From Bellilinea caldifistulae (GTDB taxonomy: Bacteria > Chloroflexota > Anaerolineae > Anaerolineales > Anaerolineaceae): a DNA stretch of 32,000 nt. Below the pieces are notes generated by a model that saw only the letters and a program-made list of their open reading frames with translations, searched no databases and was not told the origin of the DNA. Positions 15,505 to 23,742 of this stretch are shown one piece after another. The stretch spans positions 1 through 32,000 of the forward strand of contig NZ_LGHJ01000006.1 in assembly GCF_001306055.1 (NCBI RefSeq), read 5' to 3'. Each line of letters begins with the position of its first letter. The first letter of the stretch is position 1. Both the position numbers and the translations under genes were made by a program.

Positions 15505-15544
15505 ACAGGCAGGTGAGGGAACACCCCCGCCTGCCTGTTTTTTT
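15505..15544 (+). terminator. strong rho-independent terminator ending the cytochrome-rhodanese unit
   Basis: ACAGGCAGG-N16-CCTGCCTGT followed by a T6 run. Confidence 0.85.
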
Positions 15545-15570
15545 CTCGTTGGTTTGGTAGAAGGCTGTAA

Positions 15571-16728
15571 TCAGCCCATTTTCCCCAAAGCGCTCATCAG
15601 CCCACGGTAGCCGCGCTCGCCGCGCAAAACCTCATCCACCTCAATTGCCTCATCCACGCGGTGAGCCTGATGAATTGAACCCGGCCCAAAGACCAGCGTG
15701 GGGATGCCGCGCTCGCCGCCGCTGGCGCTGCCGTTGGTGCAGTAGGGCACGGCAAAGGTCTCGCCCGGCAACCCGGCCGAGCGGAGCGCCTCCACCGCCC
15801 GCCCCACCCATGCCGAAGCCGGGTCGAGCGCCCAGGCCGGGTGAAAGTCGGGCTGGCGCAGTTCTACCCCCGTGTACGTGGTAAAGCCCTCTTCAGGGAT
15901 GACTACCTGCCAGTTGCTCAGGTCGGCCAGATGACGGGTATATTCTTCCAGCAGGCCGGAGATCGTTTCGCCCGGCATCAGCCGCCGGTCATAAACCACT
16001 TCGCAGCGGTAGGGCGTGGTGGAAAGGCTGGGATAAGGCTGCGATTGTACCTGTATGGCGGTCATCAGCCCCTGTCCCAGCAGAGGGTGAGTCGGCAGTG
16101 GCAGGTTGGCAATTCGCTCAATGAGCGCGGCGGCATTTTCGATGGCGTTTTGACCGGCTTCCGGAGCGGAACTGTGGGCGGCTTTGCCGGAGACGGTGAA
16201 GGCCAGCCGTGCCCGACCGCGCTGGGCAATTCCCAGCCGGCAGTCGCTCGGCTCGCCGATGATGACCAGATCGGGCTGGACTGCCTCCAACACAGCCGAG
16301 AAAGCTGCACCTTCCAGCACTTCTTCGCCGAGGCTGGCGGAGAGATAAACTTCCCCGGCCAGGTCATCAGCGGAAAGGCCGGCCAGAGCGAAAGTCATCG
16401 CCGCCAGACTGGCTTTGGTATCGGCTGCGCCGCGCCCCCAAACCCGCCCATCGGACAGTTCGCCGCTGAACGGCGGGAAGCGCCATTCCTGGGGAGAAGT
16501 GGCCGGAACCACATCCAGATGCGCGTCGAACAGTACCCGCAATCCCGAACGGCGGCTGCCGCGTCGCGCGAGGACGTTCCCCAGCCGGTCGGTGTGGACA
16601 TCTTCAAAGCCCAGATCCCGCCAGGTCCGTTCGACCAGCCCGGCAGCGGCTTCTTCCTGACCGCTGAGACTTTCGGCTCGGACCAGTTCCTGCAAAAAGC
16701 GAATGGTTGGGTGATCGGAAAGCGGCAT
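15571..16728 (-). CDS. M20 family metallo-hydrolase (YgeY/ArgE/DapE-like)
   Basis: FDAHLDVVP, GRGAADTK, GEP(S)D..IAQRGR....V.G.AAHSSAPE.G.NAI, DRRL.PGET and TNGS...GIPT.VFGPG...AH..DE blocks. From memory these resemble E. coli YgeY more closely than ArgE. An HMM search is needed to decide. Confidence 0.85.
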   Translation of the reverse strand: MPLSDHPTIRFLQELVRAESLSGQEEAAAGLVERTWRDLGFEDVHTDRLGNVLARRGSRRSGLRVLFDAHLDVVPATSPQEWRFPPFSGELSDGRVWGRGAADTKASLAAMTFALAGLSADDLAGEVYLSASLGEEVLEGAAFSAVLEAVQPDLVIIGEPSDCRLGIAQRGRARLAFTVSGKAAHSSAPEAGQNAIENAAALIERIANLPLPTHPLLGQGLMTAIQVQSQPYPSLSTTPYRCEVVYDRRLMPGETISGLLEEYTRHLADLSNWQVVIPEEGFTTYTGVELRQPDFHPAWALDPASAWVGRAVEALRSAGLPGETFAVPYCTNGSASGGERGIPTLVFGPGSIHQAHRVDEAIEVDEVLRGERGYRGLMSALGKMG

Positions 16729-16759
16729 GGGTTGGTTTCAATGATTCCCGGCGGGAATT

Positions 16760-17380
16760 TTATTTGATTTCGCTGATGTTGCTGATGATATGCCCTACCA
16801 GCCCGTAGGCTTTGGCTTCTTCGGCGCTCATCCAGAAGTTACGGTCGGTATCGCGCTCGATCTTCTCCAACGGCTGGCCGGTCTGACGGGCAAAAATTTC
16901 GTTCAGGCGGCGGCGCATGCGGATGATTTCCTGAGCCTCGATGGCCAGGTCTTGAGCGCTGCCGCGCATCCCGCCCATCGGCTGGTGCAGTAAAAAGCGC
17001 GTGTTGGGCAGCGAGTAGCGCAGTTCCACCGGCGGCGCGGCGTAAATCAACGCACCGGCGCTGGCCACCCACCCCGTGCCGATCACCTTGACGCGCGGGC
17101 GCACGAAGCGAATCATGTCGAAAATCGTATCGCCCGATTCGACATGCCCGCCCTGCGAGTTGATGATGATCTTGATGTCCTCGTCCGAAAGTTCGGAAAG
17201 CAGCAATAACTGCTGGGTAACCCGCTCGGCCATCTTCTGGTTGATTTCGCCAAAAATCAAAATCGTGCGGGTTTTGAGGAATTTTTCCTGAATATCCAGA
17301 CGCGGTTCGCCTACCGGACGGGATTCATTTTCGGGTTTTTCTTCGGGCATTTCTTCGGGTTCGGTTTCGAACATGGTCAT
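16760..17380 (-). CDS. clpP: ATP-dependent Clp protease proteolytic subunit with acidic N-terminal extension
   Basis: INSQGG, GWVASAGA (catalytic Ser), LLHQPMGG (His) and ERDTDRNFWMSAEEAKAYGLV (Asp region). About 30 Glu/Pro-rich extra residues at the N-terminus. GAGGGAG SD, and a TATAAT at 17417-17422 on the minus strand. Confidence 0.88.
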   Translation of the reverse strand: MTMFETEPEEMPEEKPENESRPVGEPRLDIQEKFLKTRTILIFGEINQKMAERVTQQLLLLSELSDEDIKIIINSQGGHVESGDTIFDMIRFVRPRVKVIGTGWVASAGALIYAAPPVELRYSLPNTRFLLHQPMGGMRGSAQDLAIEAQEIIRMRRRLNEIFARQTGQPLEKIERDTDRNFWMSAEEAKAYGLVGHIISNISEIK

Positions 17381-17425
17381 TACTCCCTCGTATTGGTTGA
17401 ATAGCGTACTGGGTCAATTATAAAC

Positions 17426-17452
17426 CCACCCGCCGGTTCGTCCAGCGGGTGG
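17426..17452 (-). terminator. possible terminator hairpin after the PilZ gene
   Basis: The minus strand reads CCACCCGC-N11-GCGGGTGG followed by GTTTATAATT. The T-run is weak and overlaps the clpP -10. Confidence 0.45.
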
Positions 17453-17470
17453 TAGAGGGATTGGAGGGGT

Positions 17471-17815
17471 TCAATCCCGAAAGCCGGCCTGTTCAATCAG
17501 CCATTCAATCGTGCGGATATCTTCCTCGCCGACGTTCAGCAATTCGAAGCCGGTATCGTAAAAATCGGGGTTTAAGTCTTTCTGGCACCATTTGCTGTGG
17601 GCTTGAAAGAGCAATTCTTTTTTACCGGCAATCTGATAAGGCAGCAGCAGCCGCAGGTTGTACAGGCGGCCCACTTCCAGCGGCTGTTCGCTGATTACCA
17701 TCATCCCCGCCGGGGTGATATCCACCAGATGCCCCAGCATGGAATGACTGTCCTGATCGAATACCAGCAGGTAATAGATGATGTGCCGCCGCTTCAGTTT
17801 TCTGCGCTCTTCCAT
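17471..17815 (-). CDS. PilZ domain-containing protein
   Basis: 114 aa. ERRKLKRR (RxxxR-type) near the N-terminus and DITPAGMMV (D-x-S/T-x-x-G) fit the c-di-GMP-binding PilZ motifs. Confidence 0.72.
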   Translation of the reverse strand: MEERRKLKRRHIIYYLLVFDQDSHSMLGHLVDITPAGMMVISEQPLEVGRLYNLRLLLPYQIAGKKELLFQAHSKWCQKDLNPDFYDTGFELLNVGEEDIRTIEWLIEQAGFRD

Positions 17816-17942
17816 CTCAACAATCTCCCGGGTGCTAACGGGCTTGCCTTTGGACTTGTTTAGAGTATAGTAGATTCAGGGTGTCTCTGCAATCCGAAAT
17901 CCGCTACCGATTTTCCCTTGTGATAGGTGGTGTTTCCTGCCA

Positions 17943-19085
17943 ATGACTTTTATCCAGCAAATTGATCTGTCCTGCCGTGCAGAAGTGGAAAAATTTTTGC
18001 AATTACCGTACCGGTTGTATCGGGCTGTGCCGCAGTGGGTGCCGCCGGTGCAGTCTGATATCCGCCGGATGCTTGAACCGCACCGACACCCGTTTTACCG
18101 CCACTCACAGGCGGCTTTTTTCCTGGCCTGCCGCCAGAAGCAGGGGCCGGCAGTGGCGCGCCTGGCAGTCTTATTTCACCGCCCCTACAATCAGCACAAC
18201 CATGAACGGACTGCGTTTTTCTACCTGTTTGAGGCTGAAGATGATCCGGAGGTGGTACGAGCCCTGTTCGCTGCTGGCGAAACATGGGCGCTGAAACAAG
18301 GAGCCGACCGGCTGATTGGGCCGAAGGGCTTTTCTCCGTTGGATGCCATGGGGGTGCTGGTCCAAGGCTTTGAGCATCGCCCGGCTTTTGGCATCCCTTA
18401 CAATTTGCCGTATTACCCCGCTTTGCTGGAAGCCTGCGGCTTTCAGCCGCGGGAGGATATCCTCTCCGGCTATTTAAGCGGGAAAGCAGAATTTCCCTCC
18501 AAAATTCATCAGATTGCCGAGAGGGTGATTCAAAAGCGCGGTTTTCGCATTGCGCAGCTGCATAGCCGCGCCGACCTGCGCCGGCTGATTCCGCGTCTGA
18601 GTGAAATGTACAACCGGGCAATTATGGACACACCCGGCAATGCGCCGATTGACTCGGCCGAGATCGAGGACATCCTGCGGCAGGTCCTCTTCTTTGCAAA
18701 TCTGAAACTGATTAAAATCCTGCTCAAGGATGAGCAACCAATCGGCTTTTTGCTGGCTTATCCGGATATTTCGGCAGCCTTGCAACGTACCGGCGGGCGT
18801 TTATTGCCATTAGGCTGGCTGGACTGGTGGCTGGAACTGAAACGCACCCGCTGGTTGAATATCAATGGGATGGGCATTGTGGAGGAATACCGCGGACTGG
18901 GCGGTACGGCCGTTCTATTCAGCGAAATGCACAAGAGTATTCAGGGCGGGTGCTTTCAGCATGTGGAAATTGTGCAGATTGGCGCAGAAAATCAACGCAT
19001 GCTGCGCGAACTGCGTGATATAGGAGTGGATTTTTACAAGGCTCACCGCCTCTATGGCAAGCAAATTGGCGGCAACATCCGCTAA
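17943..19085 (+). CDS. GNAT-fold N-acetyltransferase-like protein (380 aa)
   Basis: The N-terminal FLQLPYRLYRAVPQWVPPVQSDIRRML..HRHPFY.H..AAFFLA pattern is one I recognise from a family of ~380-aa GNAT-like proteins. The C-terminal GMGIVEEYRGLGGTAVLF is an acetyl-CoA loop. Confidence 0.65.
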   Translation: MTFIQQIDLSCRAEVEKFLQLPYRLYRAVPQWVPPVQSDIRRMLEPHRHPFYRHSQAAFFLACRQKQGPAVARLAVLFHRPYNQHNHERTAFFYLFEAEDDPEVVRALFAAGETWALKQGADRLIGPKGFSPLDAMGVLVQGFEHRPAFGIPYNLPYYPALLEACGFQPREDILSGYLSGKAEFPSKIHQIAERVIQKRGFRIAQLHSRADLRRLIPRLSEMYNRAIMDTPGNAPIDSAEIEDILRQVLFFANLKLIKILLKDEQPIGFLLAYPDISAALQRTGGRLLPLGWLDWWLELKRTRWLNINGMGIVEEYRGLGGTAVLFSEMHKSIQGGCFQHVEIVQIGAENQRMLRELRDIGVDFYKAHRLYGKQIGGNIR

Positions 19086-19270
19086 TGTGGATGGGAAGAA
19101 AAAACCTGTTCCCACAGGCGCTGCCGCGCAAAGAAACAACCATCTCTACCCTTTGCTCCTCTGCACCTGAGGGTAGAACGTCGCTATTTTTCAGTACGCC
19201 AAAATTCTGGTACACTTGCAAGGAGCATTCCTGTTCCGTTCACCCCTATCCCGATTAAAAAGGAGTCCGC

Positions 19271-20962
19271 ATGTTCCGTGAATTAAAGAACCCGCCTGCT
19301 GATTTTCTCGACTGGAAGTGGGAAAAATTTGAGCCGTACGCCCGCGATCTCATCGAACGTCCGCTGACGGCTGCGACGGTGGATGAGTGGCTGCGCGACT
19401 GGTCCGATTTGGGCGATGCGCTGGAAGAATTGTTCAGCCGTTTGAATGTTGCCGTCACCGTCAACACGGCCGATGAAGAAGCCGAAGCCCGCTTTCGGGC
19501 GGCGCTGGACGAGATTTACCCGCAAGCGATGGCCGCCGACCAGAAACTGAAAGCCCGCCTGTTACAAAGCGGCCTCAAACCGGCGCGTTTTGAGATCCCC
19601 CTACGCAATTACCGCGACGACGCCGAATTGTTCCGCGAGGAAAACCTGCCCCTGCTTTCGGAAGAGCAAAAACTGGGGCTGGAATACGATCAGATTGCCG
19701 GCAAGCAGACCGTGGAATGGGACGGCAAAGAAGTTACCCTGACCCAGTTACGCCCGGTTTATCAGGAAACCGACCGTACCCGGCGCGAGCAGGCCTGGCG
19801 GCTGGCGGCCGAGCGTCAACTGGCTGACCGTGAGGCATTCAACGACCTGTGGGTGCGCTTCTTCAAACTGCGCCAGCAGATTGCTGCCAACGCCGGCAAG
19901 CCCGATTTCCGCGCCTACCGCTGGGTGCAGTTCCATCGTCACGATTACTCCCCCGCCGATTGCCAGACCTTCCGGGATGCGATTGAACAGGTGATTGTGC
20001 CGATAGCCGCTAAAATTTACGAAAAACGCCGCCGCCAGTTGGGCTTAACCAGCCTGCGCCCGTGGGATCTGGATGTTGACCCGCAGGGACTGCCGCCGCT
20101 GCGCCCCTACCAGACGATTGACGAGTTGAAACACAAGACATCCGCAGTTTTCCATGCGGTGGATGATACGCTGGGTGGTTACTTCGACACGATGATTCGC
20201 GAAAACCTGCTGGATTTGGAAAACCGCAAGAACAAAGCCCCCGGCGGCTACTGCACCGCCTTCCCCATTCAGCAGCGCCCGTTTATTTTTATGAACGCCG
20301 TCGGTTTGCATGACGATGTACAAACCCTGCTGCACGAAGGCGGCCATTCATTCCATGTCTTTGAAGCCGCCAGCCTTCCGTTGGGGCAATTGCGCGGCTC
20401 ACCCATCGAATTTGCCGAGGTGGCTTCGATGGGCATGGAGTTTCTGGCCGGGCCTTATCTCAGCCAGCAGCACGGCGGTTTTTACAGCGAAGCAGACGCC
20501 CGGCGTGCTTTCGATGAGCATCTGGAGCGCAGCCTGCTGTTCTGGCCTTACATGGCAGTGGTGGATGGTTTTCAGCACTGGGCTTACACCCATCCGGAAG
20601 ATGCGCTCAACCCGGCCGCCTGTGATGAAGCCTGGGATGCCCTCTGGCAGCGTTTCATGGTCGGCGTGGACTGGAGCGGGTTGGAGGATGTCCGCCGGAC
20701 GGGCTGGCACCGTAAACTACACATCTTCCAGATTCCGTTTTATTATGTGGAGTACGGGCTGGCTCAGCTGGGCGCCGGGCAGGTCTGGCGCAACGCGCTC
20801 AACGATCAGGCTGCGGCGGTAAGCGCCTACCGCAGCGCGCTGGCGCTGGGCAATTCGGTTGGCCTGCCGCAGTTGTTTTCCGCCGCCGGGGCGCGCTTTG
20901 CCTTCGATGCCGCCACGCTCGGCAGTGTAGCCCAATTGATGGCCGAACGCCTGGAACTTTGA
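19271..20962 (+). CDS. M3 family oligoendopeptidase (PepF-like)
   Basis: HEGGHSFH zinc motif (HExxH). 563 aa with an M3B-like layout. AAGGAG SD 6 nt upstream. Confidence 0.9.
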   Translation: MFRELKNPPADFLDWKWEKFEPYARDLIERPLTAATVDEWLRDWSDLGDALEELFSRLNVAVTVNTADEEAEARFRAALDEIYPQAMAADQKLKARLLQSGLKPARFEIPLRNYRDDAELFREENLPLLSEEQKLGLEYDQIAGKQTVEWDGKEVTLTQLRPVYQETDRTRREQAWRLAAERQLADREAFNDLWVRFFKLRQQIAANAGKPDFRAYRWVQFHRHDYSPADCQTFRDAIEQVIVPIAAKIYEKRRRQLGLTSLRPWDLDVDPQGLPPLRPYQTIDELKHKTSAVFHAVDDTLGGYFDTMIRENLLDLENRKNKAPGGYCTAFPIQQRPFIFMNAVGLHDDVQTLLHEGGHSFHVFEAASLPLGQLRGSPIEFAEVASMGMEFLAGPYLSQQHGGFYSEADARRAFDEHLERSLLFWPYMAVVDGFQHWAYTHPEDALNPAACDEAWDALWQRFMVGVDWSGLEDVRRTGWHRKLHIFQIPFYYVEYGLAQLGAGQVWRNALNDQAAAVSAYRSALALGNSVGLPQLFSAAGARFAFDAATLGSVAQLMAERLEL

Positions 20963-20976
20963 GTTAGGTTCTTGAT

Positions 20977-21013
20977 ACCTCCCCCAAAATTACCCCACAA
21001 TTTTGGGGGAGGT
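20977..21013. repeat. perfect 15-bp inverted repeat ACCTCCCCCAAAATT-N7-AATTTTGGGGGAGGT after the M3 peptidase gene
   Basis: Read directly, 14 nt after the stop. No T-tract follows. It shares CTCCCCCAAA with the interspersed repeat family. Confidence 0.6.
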
Positions 21014-21135
21014 AGCGCAGGGGGAATGAGCAAAAAACCGTCAATCATCCGCCCATTCGGGGATTTCTTTCCATTCCATATCGCTGGCGGGCAGTGATAC
21101 AATAAGATGGATACCCCCCTTGACAGGAGGTCGTT

Positions 21136-22149
21136 TTGGCTAACACCCTTAAAATCGCCGTTCCCATGGCCGGGCTGGGCAGCCGCATGCGCCCGCACAC
21201 CTGGAGCAAACCCAAACCGCTGATTGCCATTGCCGGCAAAACCGTGCTGGATTACGTGCTGGAGCAGTTCAACAGCCTGCCCAAATCCCTGGAGGTGGAA
21301 TACATCTTCATCATCGGCCCGAACCAACGCGAGCAGGTCGAGGCGCACATGCGCCAGAATCATCCCGAAAAGAAAGCCCACTATGTCATTCAGGAAGTGA
21401 TGCGCGGGCAGTCGGATGCGCTTTATCTGGCGCGCGAGTACCTGCATGGCCCGATGCTGATGGCTTTTTCAGATACGCTGATTGAAACCGACCTTTCGCG
21501 GCTGGATCAGGTGGAAGAGGACGGGCTGGCGTGGGTCAAGCCGGTGGAGGACCCGCGCCGTTTCGGCGTGGCAGTGGTGGATGAGCAGGGCTGGATCACC
21601 CGTCTGGTGGAAAAGCCGCAGGACTTCAGCAACAATCTGGTGGTGGTCGGCTTTTACTACTTCAAGCGCGCCGAGGATTTGCTCTCGGCAATTGAGGAGC
21701 AGTTTTCCCGTAACCTGACCCTGAAAAACGAGTTCTTTCTGGCGGATGCGGTCAACATCCTGCTGGAGCGTGGCGCGCGCATGCGCACGCGTCAGGTGGA
21801 AGTCTGGCTGGACGCCGGTATCCCCGACGCGGTGCTGGAAACCAACCGCTACCTGCTCGATCATGGCTACGACAATTCCGCAACCGCCGCCGAGCGCCCG
21901 CAGGTGACGGTCGTGCCGCCGGTTTTCATCCATCCGGAGGCGCAGATTCGCCGGGCAGTGGTCGGGCCGCACGTGTCCATCGGTAAGGATTGCGTGCTGG
22001 AGGATGTCATCATCCAGAACAGCATTGTGGACGAGGCCGCCCGTCTGCAAAACAAGGTGATCAGCGACTCGCTCATCGGCCGGCAGGTGGTGGTGGAGGG
22101 CAAACCCGCCCGCCTGAACGTGGGGGATAACTCATGGCTGAAGGAATGA
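21136..22149 (+). CDS. sugar-phosphate nucleotidyltransferase with C-terminal left-handed beta-helix domain
   Basis: The GLGSRMRP....KPKPL signature sits at the N-terminus, and hexapeptide-repeat-like sequence at the C-terminus. The TTG start is supported by a GGAGG SD 5 nt upstream. Confidence 0.85.
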   Translation: MANTLKIAVPMAGLGSRMRPHTWSKPKPLIAIAGKTVLDYVLEQFNSLPKSLEVEYIFIIGPNQREQVEAHMRQNHPEKKAHYVIQEVMRGQSDALYLAREYLHGPMLMAFSDTLIETDLSRLDQVEEDGLAWVKPVEDPRRFGVAVVDEQGWITRLVEKPQDFSNNLVVVGFYYFKRAEDLLSAIEEQFSRNLTLKNEFFLADAVNILLERGARMRTRQVEVWLDAGIPDAVLETNRYLLDHGYDNSATAAERPQVTVVPPVFIHPEAQIRRAVVGPHVSIGKDCVLEDVIIQNSIVDEAARLQNKVISDSLIGRQVVVEGKPARLNVGDNSWLKE

Positions 22150-22358
22150 GCGATCCGGTCGAGTGCCATTCGGGGTATGAGTATGCCGAACGGCCGGTAG
22201 CCTTGCATTGGGAGGGCGAACGGCTGGAAATTGAAGCCATCGAGGCCGAATGGCGCATTCCCGGCGGTAAGCGCTTCCGCGTGCGGGTCAAAGACGGTCG
22301 GGTGTTCGAGCTGTTTTACGGCGAGTTGTACGACGAGTGGCGCATCCACGCCGTTTGA
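22146..22358 (+). CDS. small hypothetical protein (70 aa), translationally coupled to the nucleotidyltransferase
   Basis: The ATG at 22146 overlaps the upstream stop as ATGA; the track ORF starts 12 nt earlier. The sequence is non-repetitive and mixed-charge (MSDPVECHSGYEYAERPVALHWEGERLEIEAIEAEWRIPGGKRFRVRVKDGRVFELFY...). I recognise no family. Confidence 0.5.
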   Translation: MSDPVECHSGYEYAERPVALHWEGERLEIEAIEAEWRIPGGKRFRVRVKDGRVFELFYGELYDEWRIHAV

Positions 22359-22438
22359 TGGAAAATTTCTCAATGACGAGGACTGGAAAAAGAACGTTGT
22401 CCCAATCAAACCCTCTCCATTCCCAACAAGGAGTCACC

Positions 22439-23602
22439 ATGCGCGAAACCTATCTTTCTCAGCGAGTTTCCTCACTCAAACCCTCCGGCATCCGCCGCTT
22501 TTTTGATATTGCGGCGACCATGCAGGATGTCATTTCGCTGGGAATCGGCGAACCGGACTTCGACACGCCGCGGCCGGTAGTGGAGGCGGGCATCCGCTCC
22601 CTGCAGCAGGGGCGCACCCACTACACCTCCAACGCCGGCACCATCGAACTGCGCCGCGCGCTGACGGCAAATCTGGAACGCTTATACGGGGTGCAGTACG
22701 ACCCGGTCAACGAGGTGGTGATCACCGTCGGCGGTTCGGAAGCGCTCTACCTGACCGCCACCGCCCTGCTCGACCCCGGCGACGAGGTCATCATCCCTAC
22801 GCCGTGTTTTGTGTCCTATCAGGCCGAGGTGTTTCTGGCGGGCGGTGTGCCGGTGGAAATCCCCTGCCGCATGGAAGATAATTTCGATGTTGACCCCGCC
22901 CGCATCGAGGCAGCCGTCACCCCGCGCACCAAAGCCATCCTGCTGGGTTTTCCCAATAACCCCACCGGGGCGGTAGCCACCCGCGAACGTCTGCTGGAAA
23001 TTGCCCGGATTGCCGAGAAATACGACCTGATTGTGATTTCGGACGAGATTTACGACCGGCTGGTGTACGGCGGCCACCGACATGTGTGCTTCCCGACCCT
23101 GCCGAACATGCGCGGACGCACCGTTCTGCTGGGCGGTTTTTCCAAGGATTATGCCATGACCGGCTGGCGGATCGGTTATGCCTGTGCGACTGCCCCGATC
23201 TTGCAGGGATTGCTGCGCGTGCACCAGTACACGGTCATGTCGGCTCCCACTATCGCGCAGGATGCGGCGGTGGTGGCCATTCAGGACGAGGATGAGTCGG
23301 TCATGGCAATGGTCGAGGAATACGACCGCCGCCGGCGGATGCTGGTGCCGGAACTCAACCGCATTGGTCTGCCCACTTTTGAACCCAAAGGGGCATTTTA
23401 CGCGTTCCCCAAAGTCAGCGTGACCGGGCTGGATGATGAGACTTTTGCCACGCGTCTGCTTCAAGAGGAAAAGGTGGCAATTGTGCCGGGGCATTCGTTT
23501 GGGGCGGGAGGTGAGGGCTTTTGCCGTATCTCATACGCAACCGCTTACGAGAAGATCGAGGAAGCCCTGCGGCGCATCGAGCGCTTTGTCAACCGGCTGT
23601 AA
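22439..23602 (+). CDS. pyridoxal-phosphate-dependent aminotransferase, class I/II (aspartate aminotransferase-like)
   Basis: The LKPSGIRRFFD start, N.PTG, and SKDYAMTGWRIGY (PLP lysine). I chose the ATG at 22439 with an AAGGAG SD; the track ORF starts at 22337. Confidence 0.9.
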   Translation: MRETYLSQRVSSLKPSGIRRFFDIAATMQDVISLGIGEPDFDTPRPVVEAGIRSLQQGRTHYTSNAGTIELRRALTANLERLYGVQYDPVNEVVITVGGSEALYLTATALLDPGDEVIIPTPCFVSYQAEVFLAGGVPVEIPCRMEDNFDVDPARIEAAVTPRTKAILLGFPNNPTGAVATRERLLEIARIAEKYDLIVISDEIYDRLVYGGHRHVCFPTLPNMRGRTVLLGGFSKDYAMTGWRIGYACATAPILQGLLRVHQYTVMSAPTIAQDAAVVAIQDEDESVMAMVEEYDRRRRMLVPELNRIGLPTFEPKGAFYAFPKVSVTGLDDETFATRLLQEEKVAIVPGHSFGAGGEGFCRISYATAYEKIEEALRRIERFVNRL

Positions 23603-23639
23603 GTCTTCGCATTTATGTTCAACCTGTTCAGGGTGGTGT

Positions 23640-23742
23640 TTACGATGTGGATGGCATGCCGAGCGTCAGCAACACCTGCACCGCCCTGCGCTTGGTGCAG
23701 TGCAGGTGGATATTTTCCGCCGTGCCTCCGCCAAGGCTTTGG
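23640..23742. repeat. interspersed-element copy (CACCTGCAC hairpin module) leading into the tandem array
   Basis: Inverted-orientation homologue of 5621-5727. It carries the hairpin CACCTGCAC(23673-23681)-N18-GTGCAGGTG(23700-23708). Confidence 0.6.

Noticed and set aside
15841-16767. 308-aa plus-strand ORF.
   Set aside because: It is antisense to the M20 hydrolase gene and has no recognisable motifs. It belongs to the same class as other shadow ORFs at 1280-1924(-), 1921-2688(-), 4545-5207(-), 7349-8182(-), 9113-9952(-), 20827-21447(-), 22682-23494(-) and 30885-31553(+), all antisense to genes with clear family signatures.
17455-17480. tRNA-like T-arm string GGGGTTCAATCCC.
   Set aside because: The flanks do not form a 5-bp T-stem (the 3' side reads CCGAA). 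No acceptor, D or anticodon arms can be drawn upstream. The string spans the PilZ stop codon.
19099-19118. Minus-strand terminator-like hairpin CCTGT-GGGA-ACAGG followed by TTTTTT.
   Set aside because: The stem is only 5 bp, and there is no supported minus-strand gene upstream of it to terminate. It could be a chance structure or serve a short antisense RNA, but I cannot support that from sequence alone.
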